Of a stretch of 64,000 nt of DNA, positions 18,077 through 27,390 are shown piece by piece. Every line of letters starts with the position of its first letter. The first letter of the stretch is position 1. Made by a program: the position numbers and the translations under genes. The stretch is from positions 25,157 through 89,156 of the forward strand of contig CALUXS010000005.1 of the NCBI GenBank assembly GCA_944324805.1. The letters are read 5' to 3'. The notes under the pieces were generated by a model. That model did not search any database, had not been told where the DNA came from, and saw only the letters and a list, made by a program, of their open reading frames with translations. Source of the stretch: an uncultured Acholeplasmatales bacterium (GTDB taxonomy: Bacteria > Bacillota_I > Bacilli_A > Acholeplasmatales > Anaeroplasmataceae).

Positions 18077-19789
18077 CTAATCTTCCCTCACTTGTGATTC
18101 ATAAATTTCTTTATAAATCAAATTATTTTCCAAAAGCCAATCATTTGTTCCGACTCCACTAATTTTTCCATTATCTAAAACAATAATTTTATCAGCATTT
18201 TTTATTGAGCTAAGTCTCTCAGTAACCATAATTATAGTAATATTTAATTTTGATAAAGCTTTTCTAAGTTCAAAATCAGTTTTAAAATCCAATGCAGATA
18301 ATGAATCATCAAGCATTAAAACATTAGGCTTTTTGACCAAAGCTCTAGCGATAGATAGACGCTGTCTTTCACCACCTGAAAGATTTTTTCCACCTTGCAT
18401 TATTAATCTATCTAGTCCTTCTTCTTTTTTCATAACAAAATCATACGCTTGACTTATTTTTAATGCTTCCTCTAAATCTGCATCGGAAGCTGATTGATTA
18501 CCCCAACTCAAATTGTCACGAATCGTTTGATTTGCTAATAATGCCTTTTGCAATACTATACCAATTTCATTATTAAAATACTTACTATCATAATTTTTAA
18601 TATCATTTCCTGCATATTTGATTTCGCCATTAGTACAATCATAGAAATGAGCTAACAAACTTAATAATGTCGATTTACCAGAACCAGTGCCCCCAACAAT
18701 TCCAATAAATTCTCCTTCGTTTATTGAAAAATTTAAATTACTTAGCGCATTTTTACTTGATGAAGGATATTTAAAATCAACATTTTGAAACTCAAACAAT
18801 GGAACATTTTGCTTTTTCTCAACAATAGTTCCTGTATTAAGACTTGGCTTTGTATCTAGTATCTCTAAGACTCTTGACCCTGATGTAATTGCCTTTCCAA
18901 AAATAACAATCAAATTACAAACTACCATCGTTGCTACTAATATTTGATTCAAGTAATTAATTAAAGCTGTTATATCTCCTTGACTAATACTACCCGAATT
19001 AACAAAATTACCACCTAAGTATAAAACTAAAATAATACATGCATTTATTACAATTGTAGATACGGGATTCAAAAGTGCACTTATTCTACCAACTCTTATT
19101 GCGTCTTTTTGTAAAACTTTTACTTCATTTTCAAATCTCTTATCCTCATTATTTTGCATATTAAATGCTCTAACTACTCTAGCACCACTAAGATTTTCTT
19201 TAGCAACAGTAGTTACATTTTCTAAATCTTTTTGAACCTTCTTATTATAAGGTATTGTCCTTTTCATAATTAGTAAAACTACTGTTAGTACTATTATTGC
19301 ACCTGCTATAAAAATTAATGCAAAGATTGGTGAAATAAAAAAAGACATTATTGAAGCACCAACTACTAAAAAAGGTGCTCTAATTACCAATCTAATCAAC
19401 ATTGCAACACTTAGTTGTAACTGATTGATATCATTATTCATGCGTGTTAATAGAGTAGATACGCCATATTTATCTAATTCAGCAAAGCCAAATGTTTCGA
19501 TATGATTAAATGTTGCTTCTCTTATCCTCGTTCCAAAACCTTGACTTGCTTTAGCAGCCAAATATTGGCAAACCAATGTAGTTGATAAACCAATTACTGC
19601 AACTAATATTAAAACCCCACCCATTTTATATATATATTGTTTATCGGCACCATTTATTCCATAATCAATTATTTTTGCCATAATTAAAGGAACAATTAAT
19701 TCAAAAACAGCCTCTAACAATTTAAAGAGAGGTCCGATAATGACCTCTTTCTTGTAAAATCTTAAATATCTTTTATATAACTCAATCAT
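18077..19789 (-). CDS. ABC exporter, fused permease/ATPase (heterodimer partner A)
   Basis: TM domain plus GGTGSGKST, LSGGERQR and VLMLDDSLSALD. The paired arrangement is typical of LmrCD/YheIH-type exporters. Confidence 0.9.
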   Translation of the reverse strand: MIELYKRYLRFYKKEVIIGPLFKLLEAVFELIVPLIMAKIIDYGINGADKQYIYKMGGVLILVAVIGLSTTLVCQYLAAKASQGFGTRIREATFNHIETFGFAELDKYGVSTLLTRMNNDINQLQLSVAMLIRLVIRAPFLVVGASIMSFFISPIFALIFIAGAIIVLTVVLLIMKRTIPYNKKVQKDLENVTTVAKENLSGARVVRAFNMQNNEDKRFENEVKVLQKDAIRVGRISALLNPVSTIVINACIILVLYLGGNFVNSGSISQGDITALINYLNQILVATMVVCNLIVIFGKAITSGSRVLEILDTKPSLNTGTIVEKKQNVPLFEFQNVDFKYPSSSKNALSNLNFSINEGEFIGIVGGTGSGKSTLLSLLAHFYDCTNGEIKYAGNDIKNYDSKYFNNEIGIVLQKALLANQTIRDNLSWGNQSASDADLEEALKISQAYDFVMKKEEGLDRLIMQGGKNLSGGERQRLSIARALVKKPNVLMLDDSLSALDFKTDFELRKALSKLNITIIMVTERLSSIKNADKIIVLDNGKISGVGTNDWLLENNLIYKEIYESQVRED

Positions 19790-19795
19790 GCTAAA

Positions 19796-20659
19796 CTACT
19801 CCCCATCAAATCTATTTTGAAAAGCTTGCAATTGTTTAGTTTCTTTTTGTCTTAATTTCTCATAACTAGCCATATTTTCAATAGAAAGCATTACAAATTT
19901 TTCTAAAGATGAATTTTGACTATAATCTGCAACACAAACATAGTTTAGCCTATCATCTGCAACTAAAGGTAGAACCTTATTTTTTTCGTCGCTTCTATAG
20001 ACAGCAATTGATTTTCCACCCTTATCCTTTACAACTTGCATACAAGGTATATCAGTCATTCCATCTCCGATATAAATCATATTTCTATAAAAAACGTGAC
20101 GCATGCTATCAGGTGTATCACTATTTAATTTCTTTTCATCTAGTATATCAAATGTTCCTTTAGAAATTCTAAAAATAAATTGCGTTTTGTTAGTATAATT
20201 AATTGCAACTTTTGGCCATTTAGCCTCTTTTGTAACATCATCAAATAAGAATTCACAGCCATATATATGCTTAAATTCTTTAGCAATAGAACATCCCTCT
20301 ATTATTTCTCTTGTTCCTGAGGAAATTATATAGTGTTCTATTTCAACTCCTTGGCTTTCACCAAACCTATTTATTCTATCAAACCAAGAAGTAACACCAT
20401 TAAAATACTTTATACCCTTTCCTAAAGAATTTAAATATTCTTTGGTTAAGGCAATATTTTTTTCCTTTGCTTCTTGTTGCATAACATACATATAAGCTAA
20501 AATTTTATCCATATGGTATTTATTTCCAACTTCAGAGGTTTTTGCCCAAAACTCACTTGGTGTTAATCCTAAGTTAGGAATAAAATTATAATTTTGCATA
20601 TCTTCAGTGCATAATGTTTTATCAAAATCATAAAGTATAGCAATTATTGGTTTTGCCAT
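19796..20659 (-). CDS. HAD-superfamily hydrolase (subfamily IB-like)
   Basis: Motif I YDFDKTL and motif IV YIGDGMTDIPCM. Confidence 0.7.
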   Translation of the reverse strand: MAKPIIAILYDFDKTLCTEDMQNYNFIPNLGLTPSEFWAKTSEVGNKYHMDKILAYMYVMQQEAKEKNIALTKEYLNSLGKGIKYFNGVTSWFDRINRFGESQGVEIEHYIISSGTREIIEGCSIAKEFKHIYGCEFLFDDVTKEAKWPKVAINYTNKTQFIFRISKGTFDILDEKKLNSDTPDSMRHVFYRNMIYIGDGMTDIPCMQVVKDKGGKSIAVYRSDEKNKVLPLVADDRLNYVCVADYSQNSSLEKFVMLSIENMASYEKLRQKETKQLQAFQNRFDGE

Positions 20660-20708
20660 ATAATCATCATCCTTTCTATAGCATTTAATTATAACACTTT
20701 TACTGCAT

Positions 20709-20748
20709 AAAAAAAAGCCATTTTGCTTTCTTTATAAAAGCAATGGCT
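20709..20748 (-). terminator. Terminator after rluD
   Basis: Imperfect stem agccattttgcttt/aaagcaatggct overlapping the TAG stop, followed by a T8 run on the minus strand. Confidence 0.6.
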
Positions 20749-21655
20749 ATTTTTTTTCATTTCTTAAGTCATTTAAGATATCTTCAAAATATTGTGGAAG
20801 CTTTGTCTCGAAATGCATATATTTTTTTGTTGTAGGATGAATAAATCCTATTTCTTTAGCATGCAAATATTGTCCAATTGTTCCATAAACTTTACGAGGG
20901 CCATATAATGGATCTCCTAAAATTGGGTGTTTTATATACGCCATATGGACTCTAATTTGATGAGTACGTCCTGTCTCTAAACGACATTCAACTAATGTAT
21001 ACCCACTAAATCTTTCTAGAACCTTAAAATTTGTTGTTGCAGGTTTTCCGTCAGCTACAACTGCTTGTTTTATTCTATCCTTTGGGTCTCTACCTATTGG
21101 CGCATTAATTCTGCCATATTCCTCTGTTATTTCCCCTATTACTAATGCATAGTATATTCTAGATAGACTATGATCTTTTAATTGTAATTGTAACTGTTCA
21201 TGTGCATAATCATTTTTAGCAACTACTAAAAGTCCCGAAGTATCCTTATCAATTCTATGAACAATTCCTGGTCTTATAACTCCATTAATAGAACTCAAAT
21301 TTTTTAAGCTATGTAATAAACCCGAAACTAGAGTATCGTCATAATGACCATTTGATGGATGCACAACCATACCCTTTGGCTTATTAATAATTGCTAAATC
21401 ATCATCTTCGTATATAATATCTAAATCCATATTCTTTGGTTCAAGAGTTAATTTTTTTTCTTCTGGAACTTCAAATACAATTTCATCATTTAGTTCTAAT
21501 TTATATGATGGCTTAACTATTTTTCCATTAACAGTGATATTGTTATTTTCTAGATTAGTTTGAATAAAACTTCTACTATATTCATCAACTAAACTTAATG
21601 CTTTATCTAAACGAATTCCAACTAATTTTTCATTAACTTGATACTTTTTTTGCAT
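20747..21655 (-). CDS. rluD: 23S rRNA pseudouridine synthase, RluD family
   Basis: N-terminal S4 domain. HRIDKDTSGLL catalytic Asp motif and GRTHQIRVH. Confidence 0.9.
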   Translation of the reverse strand: MQKKYQVNEKLVGIRLDKALSLVDEYSRSFIQTNLENNNITVNGKIVKPSYKLELNDEIVFEVPEEKKLTLEPKNMDLDIIYEDDDLAIINKPKGMVVHPSNGHYDDTLVSGLLHSLKNLSSINGVIRPGIVHRIDKDTSGLLVVAKNDYAHEQLQLQLKDHSLSRIYYALVIGEITEEYGRINAPIGRDPKDRIKQAVVADGKPATTNFKVLERFSGYTLVECRLETGRTHQIRVHMAYIKHPILGDPLYGPRKVYGTIGQYLHAKEIGFIHPTTKKYMHFETKLPQYFEDILNDLRNEKK

Positions 21656-22145
21656 TTTTTCTCTTATCCTCTAAAAAAATTATATCAATAGCTAACATAA
21701 TAACTCCAATTACTAATGACATATCAGCAATGTTGAAAACAGGAAAATGATAATTTCCAAAAATGAACTCAAAAAAATCAACAACTCCACTTTTTAAACC
21801 AAAAACAGTATATAATCTATCATACAAATTACCATAAGCACCTGCAATTATTAAACATAAAGCAAATGAATACATTTTTTTGCTTTTGAAGTCATTTTTT
21901 GTAGCAAATACTAATGCTATTATAGTTGCAATTATACTGATAAATGATAATAAAAGTGTACTGTTATCTCCAATTCCCCATGCTGCCCCTTTATTATATA
22001 CTAAAGTTATATTAAAAAAATTAGCAATTACAGGAATTTCCTCTCCAACACGTAAATTTTCTTCAACTATTACTTTTGTTACTTGATCCAAAATAATTAT
22101 TAATGCAACTACTAAAAAAGTTAGAATAAAATTTTTTTTAGTCAT
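21633..22145 (-). CDS. lspA: Lipoprotein signal peptidase (signal peptidase II)
   Basis: DQ.TK, NKGAAWG and FNIADMSL motifs. Start chosen at ATG 22143-22145 behind GGAGG. Confidence 0.9.
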   Translation of the reverse strand: MTKKNFILTFLVVALIIILDQVTKVIVEENLRVGEEIPVIANFFNITLVYNKGAAWGIGDNSTLLLSFISIIATIIALVFATKNDFKSKKMYSFALCLIIAGAYGNLYDRLYTVFGLKSGVVDFFEFIFGNYHFPVFNIADMSLVIGVIMLAIDIIFLEDKRKNAKKVSS

Positions 22146-22614
22146 TATATCCTCCAAATTTTATCGAAATAGGTTTAATTTGTTCATACTTGACTCCAGC
22201 TGCATCAAACATTCTTCTTGAGGCTTCATTTGAGCAAGTATGATGATATTTGTCTTCAATATATACAACCCTTTTAATTCCACTTTGAATGATTAATTTT
22301 GCACATTCATTACAAGGAAATAATGTAACATACATAGTAGCATTCTTAAGTGATGAGGTAGAATTTAAGATTGCATTTGGTTCAGCATGTACTACGTATG
22401 GATATTTATTATCTAATTCGTTTGGATTTCCCTTCTCCCAAGGAAATTCTTCATCAGAACATCCTTGAGGAAATCCATTATACCCTATCCCAATTATTCT
22501 TTTGTCTTCATTTACAATACAAGCACCAACTTTAGTATTTGGATCTTTACTTCTATAACTTGAAAGTAAAGCTACTCCCATAAAATATTCATCCCATGAA
22601 ATGTGTTTAGTCAT
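22138..22614 (-). CDS. Deoxycytidylate (dCMP) deaminase
   Basis: Zinc motifs HAEPNA and PCNECAK. Has the WDEYFM N-terminus typical of dCMP deaminases. Confidence 0.85.
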   Translation of the reverse strand: MTKHISWDEYFMGVALLSSYRSKDPNTKVGACIVNEDKRIIGIGYNGFPQGCSDEEFPWEKGNPNELDNKYPYVVHAEPNAILNSTSSLKNATMYVTLFPCNECAKLIIQSGIKRVVYIEDKYHHTCSNEASRRMFDAAGVKYEQIKPISIKFGGYND

Positions 22615-22624
22615 ATTTTCACCA

Positions 22625-23926
22625 CTATGGATTCAAGCGATCAGGTCCACGGAATATGAACATAGCATCTTTAATACCTTCATTGAACAATATCATAGTA
22701 ATACGGTCTACACCTATACCAAAACCACCATGAGGAGGACAACCATATTTAAAGAAATCTAAATAGAATTCAACATCTTTAGCTAAACCTTTTTCTTCAG
22801 CTTGTTTTTTCAAGATATCATATCTATGTTCACGTTGAGCGCCTGTAGTTATTTCACAACCCTTCCAAATTAGGTCATATCCACATGGTACTCCTTTCTC
22901 ATCACGCATATGGTAAAAAGCGCGTTTTTCTGCTGAGTATCCTGTTACAAATAAAAATTCATGACCATATTTTTCCTTAGAGAATTTTTCACACATTCTC
23001 TCTCCTTCAGTAGTTAAATCACCCTTTTCAGATTCAGGAACCTTGTATCCATAACGTTTTTCTAATTCATCATACAAATCATGTAAATCTATTCTTGGGA
23101 AAGGAAGAGTTGGAACTACAACATCTATATCAAAAACTCTTTTTATTTCATCACCATACTTTTCCTTTACACCTTTAAGCGCATAAGTTAGCATCTCTTC
23201 TTCCATTTTCATTACATCTTCATATGAATTAATGTATGAGAACTCTAAATCAAAACCAGTAAATTCAGTAGCATGCTTACGAGAAGCAAATTTTTCTGCA
23301 CGGAAGACAGGACCTGATTCAAAAATTCTTTCAAATCCAGCTGCCATTGCCATTTGCTTATAAAATTGAGGTGATTGTGCTAAATAAGCATTACGATCAA
23401 AGTATTCAACTTTAAAAACACCAGCGCCAGATTCAGATTCTGCCCCTATTAACTTAGGCGTATGAATTTCTATGAAATCTCTATCAATTAAAAATTCTCT
23501 ACATTTAGAAATAAAATATGATTGTGTTTTAAACATTAAAGTATTCTTCTCTGTTCTTAAGTCAATCCATCTATAGTCAATACGTAAATCGATATTTGTC
23601 TCTTCACCTTTAGGAGCAACAATTGGATTTGGTGCAGCTATTGAATCTATAACAATTGTATCAGGATACATTTCCATATGATTCAATTTTACATATTCAC
23701 TTTCAAGAACTAAACCTGTAGCTTCAATTACACTATCTACAGTAATTTTATCTAGAATATCATTTAATTCAGGATGCTTTTCTTTTTCAATAGTTAATTG
23801 AAGTTTACCAGAAACATCACGTAAAACAATAAAGCACATTGTTTTTTTGTTTCTAATATTTTCAACAAAACCAGCAACCTTATTTACATTGCCTAAATTT
23901 AAATTTTTAATTTGTACTCTCTCCAT
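22625..23926 (-). CDS. aspS: Aspartate--tRNA ligase, short archaeal/eukaryal-type (433 aa)
   Basis: Class IIb motifs FRAE.., EITTGAQREHRYD and PPHGGFGIGVDRI, with the FRGPDRLNP end. Lacks the GAD insertion of ~590-aa bacterial AspRS. Second gene of the hisS-aspS operon behind an Asp T-box. Confidence 0.85.
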   Translation of the reverse strand: MERVQIKNLNLGNVNKVAGFVENIRNKKTMCFIVLRDVSGKLQLTIEKEKHPELNDILDKITVDSVIEATGLVLESEYVKLNHMEMYPDTIVIDSIAAPNPIVAPKGEETNIDLRIDYRWIDLRTEKNTLMFKTQSYFISKCREFLIDRDFIEIHTPKLIGAESESGAGVFKVEYFDRNAYLAQSPQFYKQMAMAAGFERIFESGPVFRAEKFASRKHATEFTGFDLEFSYINSYEDVMKMEEEMLTYALKGVKEKYGDEIKRVFDIDVVVPTLPFPRIDLHDLYDELEKRYGYKVPESEKGDLTTEGERMCEKFSKEKYGHEFLFVTGYSAEKRAFYHMRDEKGVPCGYDLIWKGCEITTGAQREHRYDILKKQAEEKGLAKDVEFYLDFFKYGCPPHGGFGIGVDRITMILFNEGIKDAMFIFRGPDRLNP

Positions 23927-25227
23927 TATTCTTTTCCTTCCTTACAAACATTACATTTTTTACTTGGTAGATGAGTTAGTAGATAACCGTATAATTGTTC
24001 TAGTTCAATAGTTGTCTTAGAATCATCATCGTTATTTTTTAGATTAATTAATCCTTTTGTTAACTCATCATCACCTAGAATTAAAGTGAACTTAGCATTA
24101 TTCTTGTCAGCTTCTTTGAATTGTGCCTTAAGAGATTTTTGGTTGTAATCCATATCAACCATTATTCCACCCTTACGTAATTCACTCACAAGAGAAACAC
24201 CTTTCAAAAAGGCATTTTCACCTAAAGTAATCAAATACGCATGTAGACGTTTTGGCTTAACTATTTCAATTCCTTCATGCTCTAAAGCAAGTAAAAGACG
24301 GTCCATTCCGAAAGCAAGTCCAACTGCACTTGTTTTAGGTCCACCAAGATCACTTACTAAATCATTATATCTACCACCAGCACATATTACATTTTGTGCT
24401 CCAAAGTCTGTAGATGTATATTCAATTTCAAATACTGTATTTGAATAATAGTCTAAACCTCTCACAAGTTTTTCATCAACTGTGTAACTAATATTTAGAT
24501 TATCAAGTGCTTTCTTAACCATTTCAAAGTGTTTTTTTGAAGATTCGTTTAGATAATCACTAATTTTTGGAGCTTCTAAAAGTGCTTTTGAATCTTTATC
24601 AACCTTACAGTCTAAAATTCTTAACGGATTTTTAGCTAATCTAATATGGCAATCCTCACATAATTCATCCTTATGTTTTGTAAAATAATCTACTAATACT
24701 TTTCGATAAGCATCACGTGACTCTTTATCCCCTAAAGTATTAATTCTAACCTTAATTCCTTTTAATCCTAAAGCCTCTAATAAATTTATTGCTGTAGTAA
24801 TAATATCAACATCTAATAAAGGTGAATCAGATCCGAAGGCCTCTAAGCCAAATTGAGAAAACTGACGATATCTTCCTTTTTGTTGTCTTTCATATCTAAA
24901 CATAGGCCCTAAATAGTATAGTTTTGTTATCCCATTGTTTGTATAAAGTTTATTTTCTACAAATGCTCTTACTACACCAGCTGTACCCTCAGGTCTTAAA
25001 GTCATTTCACGACCGCCACGATCTAAAAAATCATAAGTTTCTTTATTTACCATATCAGAAGCATCAGATTCATCACGATGGAATGTACCTGCCTGCTCAA
25101 AAATTGGTGTTCTGATTTCCTCATAATTTGATAGTGCACATATTTTTCTAATCACTTCTTCAAGTTTTACCCATCTTCTTGTTTCACCAGGTAAAACATC
25201 ATATGTACCTTTTGGTTTTGTAATCAT
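23926..25227 (-). CDS. hisS: Histidine--tRNA ligase
   Basis: KGTYD, LRPEGTA, FRYERPQ-like (FRYERQQKGRYRQF) and GGRYD motifs. C-terminal anticodon-binding domain. Confidence 0.95.
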   Translation of the reverse strand: MITKPKGTYDVLPGETRRWVKLEEVIRKICALSNYEEIRTPIFEQAGTFHRDESDASDMVNKETYDFLDRGGREMTLRPEGTAGVVRAFVENKLYTNNGITKLYYLGPMFRYERQQKGRYRQFSQFGLEAFGSDSPLLDVDIITTAINLLEALGLKGIKVRINTLGDKESRDAYRKVLVDYFTKHKDELCEDCHIRLAKNPLRILDCKVDKDSKALLEAPKISDYLNESSKKHFEMVKKALDNLNISYTVDEKLVRGLDYYSNTVFEIEYTSTDFGAQNVICAGGRYNDLVSDLGGPKTSAVGLAFGMDRLLLALEHEGIEIVKPKRLHAYLITLGENAFLKGVSLVSELRKGGIMVDMDYNQKSLKAQFKEADKNNAKFTLILGDDELTKGLINLKNNDDDSKTTIELEQLYGYLLTHLPSKKCNVCKEGKE

Positions 25228-25246
25228 ATTATCGCCTCCTAATAAA

Positions 25247-25445
25247 TAAAAAAATCCTTAGATAAATCTAAGGACGTATATCATACGCGGTGCCACCTTA
25301 GTTCTAGAATAAATCTAGCCCTTAAATCGTTAACGCCTGCTACGGCCATAAGGCAATAAAAAGCTGTCTCATATAGGTATTATGTCAATGCTTCCACCAT
25401 CCATTGTCGCTAGAAAATAATTTTCCTATACCCTCTGCTTCTTTC
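25247..25445 (-). promoter_or_regulatory. T-box riboswitch leader with Asp specifier GAC
   Basis: Read on the minus strand. Lower helix is AAGAAGC/GCUUUUU. The specifier loop 3' side is UGAGACA, with GAC at 25366-25368 followed by a purine. AGCGA bulge and distal loop GAUGGUGGAAG are present. T-box sequence is AAGGUGGCACCGCG (25282-25300). Terminator is tccttagataaatctaagga (25255-25274) plus a U7 run. Confidence 0.85.
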
Positions 25446-25451
25446 TTGTAA

Positions 25452-25480
25452 ATTATACCATACCTTACATCATGAAACAA
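25452..25480 (-). promoter_or_regulatory. Promoter of the hisS-aspS leader (TTGTTT-17-TGgTATAAT)
   Basis: -10 at 25452-25457 with a TG extension. The -35 at 25475-25480 overlaps the end of the upstream ORF. Confidence 0.55.
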
Positions 25481-26660
25481 GGTTAAAATTGTTAGAATCC
25501 GCTATAATAGTCTCATTTTTATGATAATCCATTATTAAGCCATACAACTCCTTAATATCATCGACTAGTCTCTCTTTTATAGGATTATAACCATTTTTTA
25601 CCGCAAAATCCAAATATTCATTAGCTTTTTTTACAAAAGAATTTACATCAGTAATTTTGATTTCTTGTCCACCTTCATTTAATGCATATGATGCAATAGA
25701 TAAATAAATATTAATTGCATAATTTGAAGAAAATGACAAAGCTCTTTCGTAAACCACATTGATATTAGCAGCTTCTAAAGTATTTTTGATGATAAAATAT
25801 ATTTGTGCGTCATTTACAATTAATTTTTCAGGTAATCCATTTTTTTCCAAAAAATTGATAAGATTTCCCCACAAATATTCTATATAATTATTTTCAACAA
25901 ATTCAAAGCACTCTACGCATTTAAATGGTTTTTCATATTCACCATAACCAACAAAATAAAGAAAACCATTTTTAGAGCTTGGGGCAGCAAAGTAGCTAGT
26001 ATAAAGGGAATACTCACCTGCAACTCTTTTTAAATTTGATAATTCTAAAACAATATTATCATTTTTTCTTTTTTGTTTGTAAGTAAAGGCAGGAATGAAT
26101 TCATCTTTATTAGTAACTCTTAAGTTATAATAATACTTATCTGGGTTTATATCTAATAAAAACAATACATCTTTATTAAGTTCTTGATAATCTTTCGTTC
26201 TAAAAATTTCTTTTAAAACAAATATAATTTGTTCGTACTCAAAAATTTGCTTTTCGGAGATTTTTGCGTTTTTTGTTCCTTTATTAAAACACTCAATTAT
26301 TACATTGATGTTTTTTGAAATTCTTTTCTGAACTGTTTTCAAAATATACTTATCCATGAAGTCTAATTCATCACTTTTTACATATCTTACACATAAATAT
26401 TCTAAATTAGCATCATCGAATGATGTATCATTGTTAGTATTGTTAATATCATAAAATGTTTGAATTCCATCATTTCCTGGATATAGCCTAATACCAACAC
26501 TTTTTTCATCCTTATATATATCTAATAAATAAAAATTTCTTTTTTTGTCATTAAATTGAATAGATAATCTAATGCTATGTTCAAGTTTTTCTACAAGTTG
26601 ATTATAAATAGTTTTAAATAGCTTTTCTAATCTTTTGTATTTATCTAAATCTAACATCAT
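25470..26660 (-). CDS. Hypothetical protein (396 aa), translationally coupled to rsmD
   Basis: Long ORF whose ATG overlaps the rsmD stop (ATGA). No motif recognised. Confidence 0.5.
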   Translation of the reverse strand: MMLDLDKYKRLEKLFKTIYNQLVEKLEHSIRLSIQFNDKKRNFYLLDIYKDEKSVGIRLYPGNDGIQTFYDINNTNNDTSFDDANLEYLCVRYVKSDELDFMDKYILKTVQKRISKNINVIIECFNKGTKNAKISEKQIFEYEQIIFVLKEIFRTKDYQELNKDVLFLLDINPDKYYYNLRVTNKDEFIPAFTYKQKRKNDNIVLELSNLKRVAGEYSLYTSYFAAPSSKNGFLYFVGYGEYEKPFKCVECFEFVENNYIEYLWGNLINFLEKNGLPEKLIVNDAQIYFIIKNTLEAANINVVYERALSFSSNYAINIYLSIASYALNEGGQEIKITDVNSFVKKANEYLDFAVKNGYNPIKERLVDDIKELYGLIMDYHKNETIIADSNNFNLVS

Positions 26661-27193
26661 AAAACCTCATAAAATACAACTTTCTTTTTACCATAGTTTT
26701 TTTCTTTTATTATTTTTATATTTGTAATTTCACATGCTAAAGTTTCTCTAGCCATTTCAAAAACTATGATTGTACCACTTTTTTTTATTTTACTTTCGCT
26801 AATTTGCTTAAGTAATAGTTCAACATCATTCATTTTATATGGTGGATCTACAAAAATATAATCAAAGGCTTCATTTTGGTCTTGAAGAAATTTTGTATAA
26901 TCTAAATTGTAAAGTTTATATCTTTTTATATCTAATGAAACTAAATTATTCCTTGCAACATTTAAAGCTTCAGAATTTAAATCATTTAGCACAATTTCAT
27001 CAATGCCACGAGAATATGCTTCAATTGCCATAGCTCCACTTCCACAAAAAAGATCTAAGGCTTTTCCACCCTTAAAATACGGCCCTATACTATTAAAAAT
27101 AGCCTCTCTAACCCTATCTTGAGTTTCTCTAGTTGTAGGCAAATTAGTCTCATTAATAATTCTATGTCTCAAGCTTCCCGCAATTATACGCAT
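26657..27193 (-). CDS. rsmD: 16S rRNA (guanine966-N2)-methyltransferase RsmD
   Basis: MRIIAG...R...T.P...TRPT-like (TRETQDRVREAIFN), SAM motif LDLFCGSGA and DPPY motif (VDPPYK). Start set to ATG 27191-27193 behind GGAGGAAAT. The track's 23-aa extension is rejected. Confidence 0.85.
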   Translation of the reverse strand: MRIIAGSLRHRIINETNLPTTRETQDRVREAIFNSIGPYFKGGKALDLFCGSGAMAIEAYSRGIDEIVLNDLNSEALNVARNNLVSLDIKRYKLYNLDYTKFLQDQNEAFDYIFVDPPYKMNDVELLLKQISESKIKKSGTIIVFEMARETLACEITNIKIIKEKNYGKKKVVFYEVL

Positions 27194-27202
27194 ATTTCCT
27201 CC

Positions 27203-27385
27203 AAAAATAAAGGGCATTAAGCCCTTAATAAACAAAAAAGCTAGGAAGTCCATGAAGAACATAAAGTCTCCAGAGCTGGGACCTCTTTAGTTAATAATTA
27301 GGGTTCCCAAATTAAGGGCATCCGCACATATAAACTCTCAGTCCCATTAAAATATAATTTGGGTTCCACGGGCTTCTTCCTAGCA
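27203..27385 (-). ncRNA. Candidate structured small RNA (6S-like topology) or cis-leader of rsmD
   Basis: Has its own promoter (see next feature). 9-bp terminal stem GCUAGGAAG/CUUCCUAGC (27376-27384 / 27240-27248). Internal pairings are CCGUG/CAUGG, GAAC/GUUC and UGGGAC/GUCCCA, placed symmetrically on both arms around unpaired bubbles. Terminator aagggc-attaa-gccctt (27210-27226) plus a U-run lies just before the rsmD RBS. Confidence 0.5.
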
Positions 27386-27390
27386 ATTTA

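Noticed and set aside
27240-27384. Plus-strand reading of the structured element: AGGAAGUCC near one end and CGGGCUUC near the other recall the RNase P RNA P4 strands.
   Set aside because: The element is ~145 nt, far shorter than any bacterial RNase P RNA I know of. No plus-strand promoter is visible, and the strong promoter and terminator are on the minus strand.
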